A DNA stretch of 64,000 nucleotides, taken from the NCBI GenBank assembly GCA_964016885.1, contig OZ024741.1, forward strand, positions 204,724,001 to 204,788,000, written 5' to 3'. Source of the DNA: Eledone cirrhosa. Taxonomy: Eukaryota. How positions within the stretch are numbered: the first letter of the stretch is position 1; each line of letters starts with the position of its first letter. Positions 1-12,300 of this stretch are shown here, piece after piece. The notes under the pieces were generated by a model. That model was not told the origin of the DNA. It made no database searches and was given only the letters and a program-made list of their open reading frames with translations. Position numbers and translations under genes: made by a program.

Positions 1-330
1 CATGGAAGTGGCCATACTCAATATGCAGAAAAGGAGTAGACATAAACTCATACAATGTAAATCTTGGGTACACAAAAGATGTAGTGGGTTAACAAGTAGA
101 ATAACAGAAAGGGAGAACTTTGCTTGTAGAAGTTGCACAGGAGAAATAGAGAGGAAGACTGCTAATGATATAAAACATTTCCAGTCACAGGAAGGATCCA
201 TAGACATGGTTGATAGCTTCTGCTACCTGGCTTAGGAGCAGAGGAGGGTGTACCAAGAATATAATAGCTAGAATAAGGATAGGATGAAAGAATTTTAGAG
301 AACTACTCCCACTGATGACAACAAAAGGTT
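1..330 (+). mobile_element. Decayed RTE-type LINE fragment (5' part of the host of the LTR insertion)
   Basis: Translates to CKSWVHKRCSG...C..C (PHD-like) and 'IDMVDSFCYL', followed by RIRIG*KNFRELLPLMTTKG. The frame resumes after the LTR element at 5639. Same family as 36160-36610 and 59965-60720. Confidence 0.8.
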
Positions 331-767
331 TAAAGGAAACGAATGTTTGTCGATGAATGGACAATTCATCGTTTCTCTTTGTTGAATAAATGACTCCAGA
401 AAGGGGGTGAACCATCAAAATTTAACGCTCTTTTATTAAATGTGATATTTAATAAATTTCCTACAACGTCAATTTAAACATACCTTGTGGGTTAATAAAA
501 AAAAGGGTGTAATAATATTCTCCGGTACAGAAATAACGAAGACATAAGCAAATGCCTATTCATCGAGATATCGTAGCGTCCTTGATCCGAAGGAGGGCAT
601 TTTCACATCTTTTACGAAGACAGCATAGTCAATATTTTATCAGGAGCGAATCCTTTCACGTCTGTTCAAACCAGCGTCTGTGACCGGATGTGTATTTCCT
701 CCGCTCTCTGAAGAGTTGTTAACGGGAGGCAACTGCTCGTTGCTAAGCGACCATCTCAGTCACTACA
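331..767 (-). repeat. 3' LTR (437 bp)
   Basis: Direct repeat of 5199-5638. Manual alignment gives 5 substitutions and 2 small indels. Confidence 0.97.
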
Positions 768-1220
768 TTCACCTCGGAGCAGATTTTTTGTTGAAAAATC
801 GTTAACGATGGAGCAAAGGACCCACAAGGTAGTTTACAAAATGTAGAAGCATGTATCAACAAATTATGAAAAAAAAAAAAATAGGTTCATGTCTGCAAGC
901 ATTAACACAGAAAAAAAATGTACAGCAAAAGATGCAAAAGGCATGAAAAGATAACACTCTTCACAATAAAGGGGCCCCAAATGCGATAAACAAAAAAAAA
1001 ATTTTTTGCTAGGCAATGAAAATGCCATATGTAGCATAGCTATAAAAATGCACTAAAAAAATGGACTGTCAGAATTGACAACAGTCGTAATGTTACGAAA
1101 AATATAATAAATTGACACTGCCGTAGGCAGTCAAGAATCAAAAAGCAACAAAATGCAATATACAGCAAAAACAATTGGAAGAAAAAAAAGAATACAATTC
1201 AGTTTATATTACTGCATAGC

Positions 1221-2441
1221 TTACGGGGCCAATGCACCCTTCGCCCAGAACAGGTCGTAGTTCTGTGTGTTGATGGTGAGGGGGGGGGGAGAAATAGGCG
1301 TATGTGGCAAAGAAAAAGAAGGGGGCATTTGAGTTTCAAGTGTCATTGTGTCATTGTCCAGGTTTGCTCGTTTGAGACGATCAACGGAAACCGTTTCCCT
1401 GGAACCCTGAATGTCCAGTGTGAAATGTTTGTCTGTGCGAGCAAGCACACGATAGGGTCCAGAGTACGGCTGTTGAAGAGGGGGCCTCACGGCGTCGTTT
1501 CTAACAAACACATGTGTCCACAAGGCAATATCCCTTGAGACGACAGTTTTTACAGTCTGCTTCCTAGTGCCCATCGGTGGTAGATCCTTGAAATAAGAGT
1601 GAAGCCGGGACACGTAGGAAGCGGGGTCCTGCGAAGTCAGGTCAAAAGGGGCCAGCATTTGCCCCGGTAACGCCAGAGGAGTACCATAAACTAATTCGGC
1701 AGAGGAGAACCCAAGGTCCACCTTTACCGTCGACCGAATACCCAACAACACAATAGGTAGGTACTCGCTCCAACGTGAAGAGTCCATGGAAGCCCTTAAG
1801 GAGGCTTTGAGTTGCCTGTGGAATCTTTCCACCATTCCATTTGAGGCTGGGTGGTAAGCCGTGGTTCTTATTCGGGTAGCCCCCAGGATTTGGGTTAATT
1901 CTCGGAAGAGGTTAGACTCAAATTGATGACCACGATCCGTTGTTATGGTGGTTGGTACACCGAAACGAGCGATCCATGAAGATACGAGAGTACGGGCTGT
2001 GGTTTCAGCGGTGATATCTGTTATAGGAACGGCTTCAGGCCAACGCGAAAAACGGTCAACAATCGTCAAAAGATACAAAAAACCACAACTAACCGGCCAC
2101 AGGCCGACGATGTCCACATGAATGTGACGAAATCTTGCATCCGGGCAGGTGAAGGTTCTGAGAGGAGCCTTAACGTGTTTATGAACTTTCGCTTGTTGGC
2201 AAGCGATACAGGAACGACACCAAGCAGCAATGTCACGTCTCATATCAGGCCAGAAAAATCTGGCTGTTATGAGTTTTACTGAGGCTGATACTCCTGGGTG
2301 AGAAATACCATGTAAAGCGAGAAACACAGTTCGTCGATGTTCCACTGGGACTAGAGGTCGTGGTGAGTCCAACGAAACATCACACAGTATTTGTCCGTCA
2401 GCAGTTGAGATCGCAATGTACAAACTCTGGCGATGTAACAT
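1221..2441 (-). pseudogene. Gypsy integrase region
   Basis: HHCC finger (LHGISH...CIAC), DDE core ([18 protein letters not shown]) and GPY module (YSGPYRV). Frame is disconnected from RNase H by a deletion and frameshift. Confidence 0.93.
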
Positions 2442-2516
2442 CCAACGATTCGAGAGTGGGTTGGGCAGCTGCCATTCGATGTAAATCTATCTCCTCGGAA
2501 GACGAAATCGATGCGA

Positions 2517-3700
2517 TCAGCAGGCGAGACAGCGTTTATGATCAGTGAAAATGGTGAATGTTCTACCTTCAAGTACATGAGCAAAATGTTTCACTGATAA
2601 ATAAATTGTTAATAGCTCCCTTCCAAAGGTGCTATAGCGAGTTTCGGCAGGCTTTAACTTCCTCGAAAAGAACTCGAGTGGTTGCTGTAAGACTGCGCCC
2701 ACGGCGCTATCCGAAGCATCAACACAGAGCGATAACTCGGCATTGGGTACTGGGTGGGCGAGCAAAGACGCGTTCGCTAACGCCTTTTTCACTTTTTTAA
2801 AATCCTCAAGCTGCGTTTTATTTAAGGAAATGTCCATATTCTTATGCCGGCAACCCTTAAAAATTTCTGTCAACGAGAACAGCAAGTTGGAACAACCAGG
2901 TACGAATCGCCTATAAAAATTTACAAGGCCCAAGAATTGACGCAATTGTCGCAGTGAACTTGGCGGAGGCAAATCCGATACTGCCTTAACCTTCTCAGGA
3001 AGAGGTCGAATACCATCGGCGTCAATCAGATGGCCTAAAAATGTTAGTGAAGTCGAGCCGAAAACACACTTGGAAGCATTAATACGAACATTATATCTCT
3101 GTAAACGACGAAATACGAGATCCAGGTGCTTTGAATGCTGCTGAGGGGAAGAACTAGCAATCAACACAAAATCCAGGCCCCGAGTAACATCATCCATAAA
3201 TCGTTGGAAGGTACTTGCAGCATTTCTAAGGCCGAAAGGCATAGTGAGGAACTCGAATGATCCGAAAGGAGTGGCAATAGCAGTCTTTGGGATATCCTCC
3301 TTGTTAACCGGAATCTGATTATAAGTGCGGATCAAATCAAGCTTAGAAAAGATTCTGCAACCCTGCAATGACGATGCAAAATCCTGCAAATTCGGGATTG
3401 GATAACGGTCAGGCACCGTAATCGCGTTTAAGCGTCGGTAGTCACCCGTCGGTCTCCAATCACCAGAAGATTTAAGTACCATATGTAGAAGCGATGCCCA
3501 AGGACTTGTGGAACGCCGAATTATTCCTAATTCCAGCATGTGGTCAAATTCAAGACGTGCAGCTTTCAACTTCTCTGCAGATAATCTTCGAGGACGTGAG
3601 AAAACAGGTGGACCTGTAGTGGATATGAAGTGTTCAATCGCATGATCCGGGCTAGTAATTCATAACTTTCCCTGCGTCAACTGAGGGAATGAATGTAACA
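2517..3700 (-). pseudogene. Gypsy reverse transcriptase / RNase H, catalytically deleted
   Basis: [38 protein letters not shown] and FTDHK are present. The YxDD motif is absent ([10 protein letters not shown]). Confidence 0.93.
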
Positions 3701-3779
3701 GGCTTTGATACTGGTTGCCCACTTCAGCCAAGAAAAAGGAAGAGCTGACAGTAGCGACGTCCGGCTCTGAACTCTGGCG

Positions 3780-4044
3780 ATAGTAAACTTCCACTTCAAA
3801 TCACGACGCAAATTTTTTAACCGAAGAGGAAGCGAAATTTGGCCGTGTGGTTGACTGCTCGTAGATTTATATTTGATTCAGATGGGGTTTTTTTGAGATA
3901 ACTGACTGGCCAAATACTCAGCGACGCGCCAGTATCGACAAGGAAACATTTTTTTGACCGCAGGTCGTATACAAAAAGATGGCGGTTCGGTCGATTTTCC
4001 CAGAGTTCACTAGCCGCCCCTAGTGGCTCTGCTTTGCGTTTTCC
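3780..4044 (-). pseudogene. Gypsy aspartic protease region (start of pol, -1 frame relative to gag)
   Basis: Manual translation HLFVYDLRSKKCFLVDTGASLSIWP, with the DTG active site at 3928-3936. Downstream part is truncated or frameshifted. Confidence 0.85.
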
Positions 4045-4846
4045 GATCTCTTGTAATTACAGGGCGTGTGACAACGTTGTGCCCTACTGCCGAAGTTAGC
4101 ATGATACCAACAAAATGAAGAATTATTGTTGTCTGCGTTGTAGTGCTGGCGATGAATAGAAGACAGCGGCGAACGGTACTCGTAGCGGTTTCGAGGAATA
4201 GCAGACGTAGGCCAACGGTACCTCAAATGTTGAGAAGGCTCTCTGTGTTGTACGGTCAAATCCTCCACTTTTTGGGTGAGCGCTTCGATCATCTCCAACA
4301 GTTTGCTGTCGGCCACAGAAGAATTGTGTGGGGGAACAGAAGAAGAAGCCACAGAAGGATTATGCCGATTGCTGTTAGAGTCCACCTCAAGTATTCTATC
4401 CGCAGACGCGGCAAGTTGCTCTAACGACTCCCTCTCCAAACTATTAACCAAAACCCTTTGCGCACTTGGCGGTAAACGTGAGAAAAGAGCTGTTTTATGA
4501 ATGGGGTGTCCATCCCCTGGGAGTCGCTCAACTCTCGCAAATGTCGCAAATAGGAGCTCGGCGTTCTGTCACCCATTTGCGCATCCTCCAACAACTCCCG
4601 AAAACGACTTTCCACCAACTTGGTATTTCTCCGAAGAATTTCGGTTTTTAACGAGCCGTAGGTAACGTTGGCGTCCAAATCCGTCACCACGTCCTTCACC
4701 GAGAATGCCAAGGAAACAGGCAGGCCATTGATCAGGACCTTTAACCTGTTTGGTTCCTTAGTATGGGTCAAGTTGAAGTAGCATTCGAGCTGCGAAAACC
4801 ATAATCCGACGTCGCCTGCGAAGGTCGGCAAATGATGTGGATTCAT
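4020..4846 (-). pseudogene. Gypsy gag (split by a frameshift into ORFs 4421-4846 and 4020-4451)
   Basis: LPTF...WFSQLE.YF, MGDRTPSSYLRHLREL and C-terminal CWYHANFGSRAQRCHTPC knuckle typical of this Gypsy group. Confidence 0.9.
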
Positions 4847-5180
4847 GATTGCCGAAGATTTGAAAAAATTTTTAAGGACGAATTATGTCCCTGAAGCAGC
4901 TATATGACCAAAAGGATATACTGGAACTCCGAAATCAGTTGAAGACTCTTTTGTGTTGTATTTTTGTGTTCGTCTGTATGCGTGAGTTACTAGTGTTACC
5001 ATGAAAGTTATGACAGAAATATTGTGCAGGCCGCGTGCTTCAACAAATGGAATATTATGAATTTTATGGACTTACGCTAAGTGAGTCTAGCTACCCGATT
5101 CGAACATTCCAAATGTTAAGCCACTCCACATTGCCGTTAAAACGAATGGCGAATTCAAATAGGCTGCGTTTTCATACTTA

Positions 5181-5197
5181 ATCGTCGAAGGTCACCA
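5181..5197 (-). promoter_or_regulatory. Primer-binding site, probably tRNA-Trp
   Basis: Minus strand reads TGGTGACCTTCGACGAT 1 nt inside the 5' LTR. Resembles the complement of the eukaryotic tRNA-Trp 3' end (TGGTGACCCCGACGTGAT). Confidence 0.7.
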
Positions 5198-5198
5198 A

Positions 5199-5638
5199 TA
5201 AAGGAAACGAATGTTTGTCGATGAATGGACAATTCATCGTTTCTCTTTGTATGAATAAATGACTCCAGAAAGGGGGTGAACCATCAAAATTTAACGCTCT
5301 TTTATTAAATGTGATATTTAATAAATTTCCTACAACATCAATTTAAACATACCTTGTGGGTTAATAAAAAAAAAAGGGTGTAATAATATTCTCCGGTACA
5401 GAAATAACGAAGACATAAGCAAATGCCTATTCGTCGAGATATCGTAGCGTCCTTGATCCGAAGGGGGGCATTTTCACATCTTTTACGAAGACGGCATAGT
5501 CAATATTTTATCAGGAGCGAATCCTTTCACGTCTGTTCAAACCAGCGTCTGTGACCGGATGTGTATTGCCTCCGCTCTCTGAAGAGTTGTTAACGGGAGG
5601 CAACTGCTCGTTGCTAAGCGACCATCTCAGTCACTACA
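5199..5638 (-). repeat. 5' LTR (440 bp)
   Basis: Direct repeat of 331-767; begins TGTAG on the minus strand. Confidence 0.97.
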
Positions 5639-5900
5639 GGTCCCTTCCTACGTAGAAAGGGACGGTTGTGTGCAGTGTGCAATACTGCATGCTAGTGAAA
5701 CATGGGCTGTGACTGCAGAGGACATGTGTAGACTGGAGAGAAATGAAGCTACCATGTTTCGTTGGATGTGCAATGTAAGTGTGAGAGAAAGGCAGAGCTT
5801 GAATGAGCTGAGAGAGAAACTGGGCTTAAAGGGAATCTGAGATAGTGTGCAGAAGAGAAGACTGCATTGGTATGGACATGTGATGCGCATGGACAGGATT
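5639..5900 (+). mobile_element. Decayed RTE-type LINE fragment (3' continuation of 1-330)
   Basis: LHASETWAVTAEDMCRLERNEATMFRWMCNV...LHWYGHVMRMD. Confidence 0.85.
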
Positions 5901-6183
5901 CATTTTTGAAAAATAACTATTTGGAGGGATTGGAAAGCAAACCTCTTTTGTCACAACATGCCTGATAAAGGAAATGTAATGTTTGTATGTGTAAATTGTA
6001 GATAGAAATGGTAATATACATAGATATACAAATACACAGTGTATTATAATGTTTGATGCTTGAACACAGTTTATATGCCAGGTGGTCCTATTAAGTTAGA
6101 CATGGCCTGGGCCAATACTGGCCAAAACCTATCAAGGTTATATTTTATATATATAATCTAAATATTTCTGTATGTGTTTTTAG

Positions 6184-6310
6184 GGATGTAAAAACCACTC
6201 GTATACTAGGATCAGAACAAGCCATGCTGTACACCTGGGAAAATCCTTCAGGTCACAGAGAACTGATCTGGACATGTGGAACCAAAGAATTAAAGAATGA
6301 TCTTACACAG
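6184..6310 (+). CDS. VPS13: VPS13 exon a
   Basis: ttttag|G...CAG|gtatgt; [42 protein letters not shown]. Confidence 0.9.
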
Positions 6311-9300
6311 GTATGTCATCAGAATCAGAGAAAGTCAGTGCATTGGTGTTTTTGTTTGATTTGTTTCTATGTGGTAATATGTGAGAAAGAAATAGTGTCA
6401 GGAATCATCACCACCATCATCATCATCATCATCATGTCCACTTTTCCATGCTGGTATAAGTTAGACAAGACTTTTGAAGCAGTTTTCCTACAGCCAGATA
6501 CCCTTTCTGATGCTGCCTAGTTCTCTCTGTCCACTATAATTTAACCAGCAAAGAAACCATTGTAGGATCTCTTGAGCTGCATGAAATAGCAGCAAAATCT
6601 CTCTCAAATCATGCACTATCATCTTCAGTAAAAGAACAACACATCAGATAATGTAGTTTGGGCTATAATGTCTTCCAAAAATTAAAAATACTAGCAGAAA
6701 AACTACCTTTTGGGTGGTTTTCTGCTAGCATGTGTAATGTGCATAGTGATATTATATGCAAATATGATATAGATATGATACATCAAATAAAATCGTAATT
6801 GACAATATGCACAGAAATTGAAGAGAGACTGTGTTACACTCTCTTCTGTAATCCATGATACATTTAAAAAAGACAATATTATATATAAACTGCATTCCAG
6901 TGAAATGTAATGAGAAGGAAAAAGGAAAAAATTAGCAGCAGAAATATAAACGTTGTATCATAACCGGAAGTATTGACATTTGAAAATTTTAAAAGAAGGG
7001 AATCTTAAAATAAGCAATCATTATATATAAGAATATTTATGTTTAATCAACGGCTACGAAATTTAGATAAATTATGTAATATTCATTCATTATTTATTCA
7101 AAGTAATCCAACTTATATTACTAACGGGATAAAAAAATATATTCAGTCAGGACACAGTCCCACGCTCCTCCCTTTATTATGTTATGATATGGGATGGTTA
7201 CAGATGGAATATCTTTGTTTGTAAGTCAGCTTGATTATGGCAGACTTGGGTCTTAGCAACCATAATAAACCAACAATGATCACTTAACCTGCTAGAAATA
7301 ACAGTCCAATTACTATCAAATTGTGCCTTACCATCATAAATAAGGGAAGGGTACATTAATTACTGTATTCCAAGATACACTGTAAAACCCAGATGATCAT
7401 GGTTGGAATGTCTTTGGCTTTAGGTTAGCTCTATCAGAGCCTACCTGAACCTAAGCAACAATACTTCACTATAATTTACTTGCAGATTAAAAGTGTACCC
7501 TAATTTGTACTGCCCTCACAAATTGCTGGCCTTGTGCCTACATTAGAATACAAAATATACAATTAAAATCAACAAAAACAATAAAAGCAACAACAATAGT
7601 TGCAGCTTTTTTCATGACATAATCTATATATATTATATAAAAAAGTAGCCAGTCTTCTCTGTCAGGTGGTAGTGACAGTGCCATAATAAAACACATCCAG
7701 TACAAGTGGTTGGTATTGGAAAGGGCATCTAGTTATAGAAACCATGCCAGAATGGAATGTATGAACAAGACCCAGTCATCTGACCTGTCTAGCTTCAGAA
7801 CATAACACCCTGTCAAACTCATGGAAAATAAATGTAAAATGGTAAATGACAATGATTAACCCTTTAGCATTTAAACTGGCCGTATCTGGCCAGAATTCTC
7901 TCACCTCTTTCTGTTCAAACTGGCTGTAACTGACCACTCATATTGATGTTAAGGTATTGTTCCCAAAATGAATATTAAAATCTCATAGATTCCATATTAT
8001 CTGAAATAATTATGTGAGGTAAAGCTTTTACCATGAAAATATAATAGTACATATAGAGTAATGTAAATGCTAAAGGGTTAAAGTATAAGATATCATAATC
8101 AATGGTTTTCTAATTTCAGGATGGAATTGGAGAATTCTTTGCAGACAATGACACTAAAGTGTATTGGGTCTCTTTCTTGGATGGAATGCAGCGTGTACTA
8201 TTATTCAGTCAAGATTTGGCTCTGGTTACTATTGCTCGTCAGGTAAACAAATTTTTTTTAGTATTTTTTTCGACTTCTTAACCCTTGATTCTGTAATACT
8301 TAGCTTTCTTTTTTTTTTATATTTATATGTATGTTAAATCCTCCTGTCATAATTTTATTTAAGAACTTTTGTTATGTTTCAAGCACCAGCTTAATAATAA
8401 GAAAGTTTGCTATATTATTGAATACCTCGGGTGGTGGATTGGCAGTATCAGTAAAGGGTCGGATGCCATGCTTTGCAGCATAGTTACGGCCCTTTACAGT
8501 TTGAGTCCAAATCCTGTTGAGGCTAGCTCTGCCTTTCATCGTTACGGAATCGATAAAATAAAGCACCAGTAATGCACTGGGATAATTGCTGGCCTTGTGC
8601 TAAATGTAGAAACAATTATTAAATACCTCTAAATTCTTAATTATTTTCAATACCTTAAGCAATGTCTTTTATTAAAAATATTTTAATGAAAGTGTTGAAG
8701 ATAAGATTTTATAGAATTCTATTCTAATTCTCTATTTAATTTTCAGGCAGGTGAGCTTGAGCGAATCGAGCAGGAAATCAACTTGTTTATATTTGGATTA
8801 GGGTTGTCTTTGGTAAACAATGACAACCAAACAGAAGTGGCCTACCTAGGTATCACCAGGTAAATTATCTTGTAGCTTTTTAAGGTTTTTCATACATTTT
8901 ACATCAGTTTGTAGAGGTTGTAGTGTACATTTCACAATAACTTACTGGGTTTCGAATGAACCGTTGTCGGTCTTGACAATTTGGATTCTTGTTGTTCGAT
9001 CAATGGAACAGCATAAACATAAAATTAACATGTAAGTGGCTGAGTATTACCACCTTACAGGAAGGACTGAATGCTTTTTATCATGGCACCAACACTACCA
9101 CTTTACAGGGTGAACTAGGTGACTTTTTTCATGCCATCAGCACTTCCACTTTACATCATATACTGGGAGCATTTTATCATGGCACTAGCCCTAGATGTCA
9201 TCTGTGTTTCATCAAGTCAATTATTTGATCTGTTTCCTTTCTACGGATTATCTTGTTTTATATTTTATTGAGATGTTCAAATTTCATTTTTAGTTCTGGT

Positions 9301-12300
9301 GTCATCTGGGAGGAAAAGAAAAAACGTTTCAAAGCCTTGAATTTGAAGTCATGTGCCTACTTGGAAGCAGGTTACCAAAAATATCTAAATGAACTTGCTC
9401 TGGGTAATGCAGCTTCGTCTCGCAAGACTCTAGAAAATAAATTTGAAGTAAGAATATTGTTTTGTTTTTCTTTAGATTTAACTCTTAACCTCCTGCACAA
9501 CATGAAACTGCATTAGCAAGACATTGTTGAAAAGTATTAAACAACACTATGACTGCATTACATTAAAAATTAAAGTTACTATTCAAATGTTGCAAATTTT
9601 CACAATGATCTGTTCTCTAGTAATGATACTACAAACCCATTTTTAGATATTTTATGCTAAACCATTGCAGAGTGTTGTTGATATTTAGTCCTAGATCAGC
9701 TCTGATAAAAAATATCTATGATTAATGGTATCCCCTTTTGTTGTTGTTTTGTTTACATTTTTGGTGTGCATTTTTCAGACACCATATCTAGGATTTGATT
9801 CTTCAATGTGTCCTACAATTTATTTAAAGATGGTAAGGCAATTTGGGAGAGATTTAGCTGCTACTTTTTATATGTTGAGCCACCATATAAAGTCTCTCTC
9901 ATTGGCTCATTATTAGTTATTTGTATAGTGCAACCATTTTTGTTCAATAGCACAAATATTTAAGATAAAATCTAGCCAATAAAATCCCCATTGTTGTAAT
10001 GCCTGTTGCTTTTTTTTCTTGCTATGTCTTGTTTTTTGTTTTTTAATTACAACTTAATTTACATATTCTCCTCTAAAATTTCAGGTTGATTTCAAAGAAA
10101 TGATTATGATTAAACCAAACAAACGAGCCATTAAACGAAGCTTCCAGGATGGAATCTGGATACAATATAAAACTTCACCTCACCAACTACAGTTGCATGC
10201 TAAAATTAATCGCCTCCAGGTAATCATAATAACTCTGTATGTATGAATCTGTAACTCTGAATGGAGTTGTAGAAGCTTTGTATCGACATGTCTTGAGCCT
10301 TTTAACCCTTTAGCATTTAAACCAGCCATATCCGGCCAGAATTCTCTCGCCTCTTTCTGTTCAAACCAGCTGTAACCGGCTGCTCATACTGATGTTAAGG
10401 TATTGTTCTCAAAATGAATAATATCAACATCTCATAGAATTGATATTATGTGGGATAATTATGTGAGATAAAGTGTTTACCATGAAAATATAATAGTAAA
10501 TATAGAGTAATGTAAATACTAAAGAGCCCATCCCTCTCCAAGTTTGAACACAGCCAATTTCTTCTAGAGAAGAAGAGGAAGTGAGAAAGATCAATATAGT
10601 GCAGTGGTACGTTTCTTTTATTGACCTCAAGAAGATGAAAGGTAAAGTTGACCTTGGAGGAATTTAAACACAGTGTGGAGAGCCTGAATGAATACCACAA
10701 AACATTCTATCTGGCATACTAACAGCTCTGCCATACTAACAGCTCTGCCAATTTGCTACTCATAATAACTCTGTTGCTACTTATAATGCACTCTTCCTTT
10801 CAACCATCTGCCTTTAACCTTTTTAATACCATCTCACCTGAGACAGCTTTTTATCATATAATACCAGTCTTCCTTAAATTATTTGTATTAAAGATGAATT
10901 TTATTGCATAAACAAAAAACAAATTTCAGAAAGTGAAACTTTTTAAATTGTATTTTAAAAAAAAACAGTTTAATGTAACAAAAAAAACAATGTATGTTTT
11001 AAAACTATTTTCATGCTTAAGCAAGGGTTAGCATTGTAGGGGCCCATAATAGACTAAATACTCACCATGGGGTCTTTTTAAGGCAATTTTTTTACAACTG
11101 GATACTGTTCCTACCACTAATCCTTTTTGTCACCTCGTATGACATGCAGGGATATGGTGTACTCATTCCAAATTGGATAGGAATTGGGATGAAAATATGA
11201 CATTATGATACAAAAATGCTTCAATGTTGTATTTTTATATCCTGGTATAATTTCACTACAAGATTCTTGATTATTCTGAATTTTTATCAAAACATATAGA
11301 TAACTTTTTGTTGTTTGAAATATGGTCATAAAAGAGTTTTTTTAATCATTTTCATTATTATGCCAGTTCTTCACTAACCATCACAATGTAATCTTGTTTC
11401 TATTCCAGTTAGATAACCAAATTACTGGAGCAGTATTTCCAACTGTTTTGGCTCCAATTCCACCTCCAAAATCTGTGGCAGCTGATAGTGGTTAGTGAAT
11501 ATTTTTAAAAATTAATCATTTTTATTGTCTGTTCATGTATATGTAATCTAGTAGTTCTGAAACCATTTTTGGACCTCAACCTCACCAGATGCTTCTTTTC
11601 TTATCCATTAACTTCATTTAAATTAAAATATATTAATTTGATGTGATTTGAGATTTTCACCACTTTTTTCTTCCAGTTCCAAAACCTTTCACAGAAATCA
11701 GTATTATGCAACGAAAACATGAACACAGTAATGTGGTTCAAGTCAAGTAAGTCATCCCTCTTTTTACCTTCAAAGAATGTACTCTATCTGCCTTAATCAA
11801 ATACAAGATAATCCAGTTGTTGCTGTTACTAAGTTTACTTTTATTATGGGTAATATTTGCAGTATATATCTTAAGTACAGGCATGGCTGTGTGGTTAAGA
11901 CGTTTACTTCACAACCACATGGTTTCAGGTTCAATCCTACCATGTATCTTCATGGACAAGTGTATTCTATAATCCTAGGCTGATCAAGGCTTTGAGAGTG
12001 AATTTGGTTGACAAAAACTGTGTGGATGCCTGTCACAATGTGTGTGCATCTGTTATTACTTATCAACATCATTTATAATAGCAATAACTGAAGCAATACA
12101 TCTTGCAGCATACCAGTTCAATGACTGTCAGTGGTTTATATCATACTTTAAAAATAAGGTGTGGATTGGCATGGAAAACTTGCTTTAAAATGTGCCTTAT
12201 GCAAGCATGGAAAAAGTGAACACAAAAATGATGATGATGATGATATACTTGATGGATCTTCTAAAATGTTTATGATATATTAATTTAAAAGGACAATTTA

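Larger units (their letters stand above)
331..5638 (-). mobile_element. Ty3/Gypsy LTR retrotransposon, full-length but defective
   Basis: Two near-identical LTRs; gag-PR-RT-RH-IN order on the minus strand; PBS next to the 5' LTR; probable 4-bp TSD GGTT (327-330) / GGTC (5639-5642). Confidence 0.97.
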
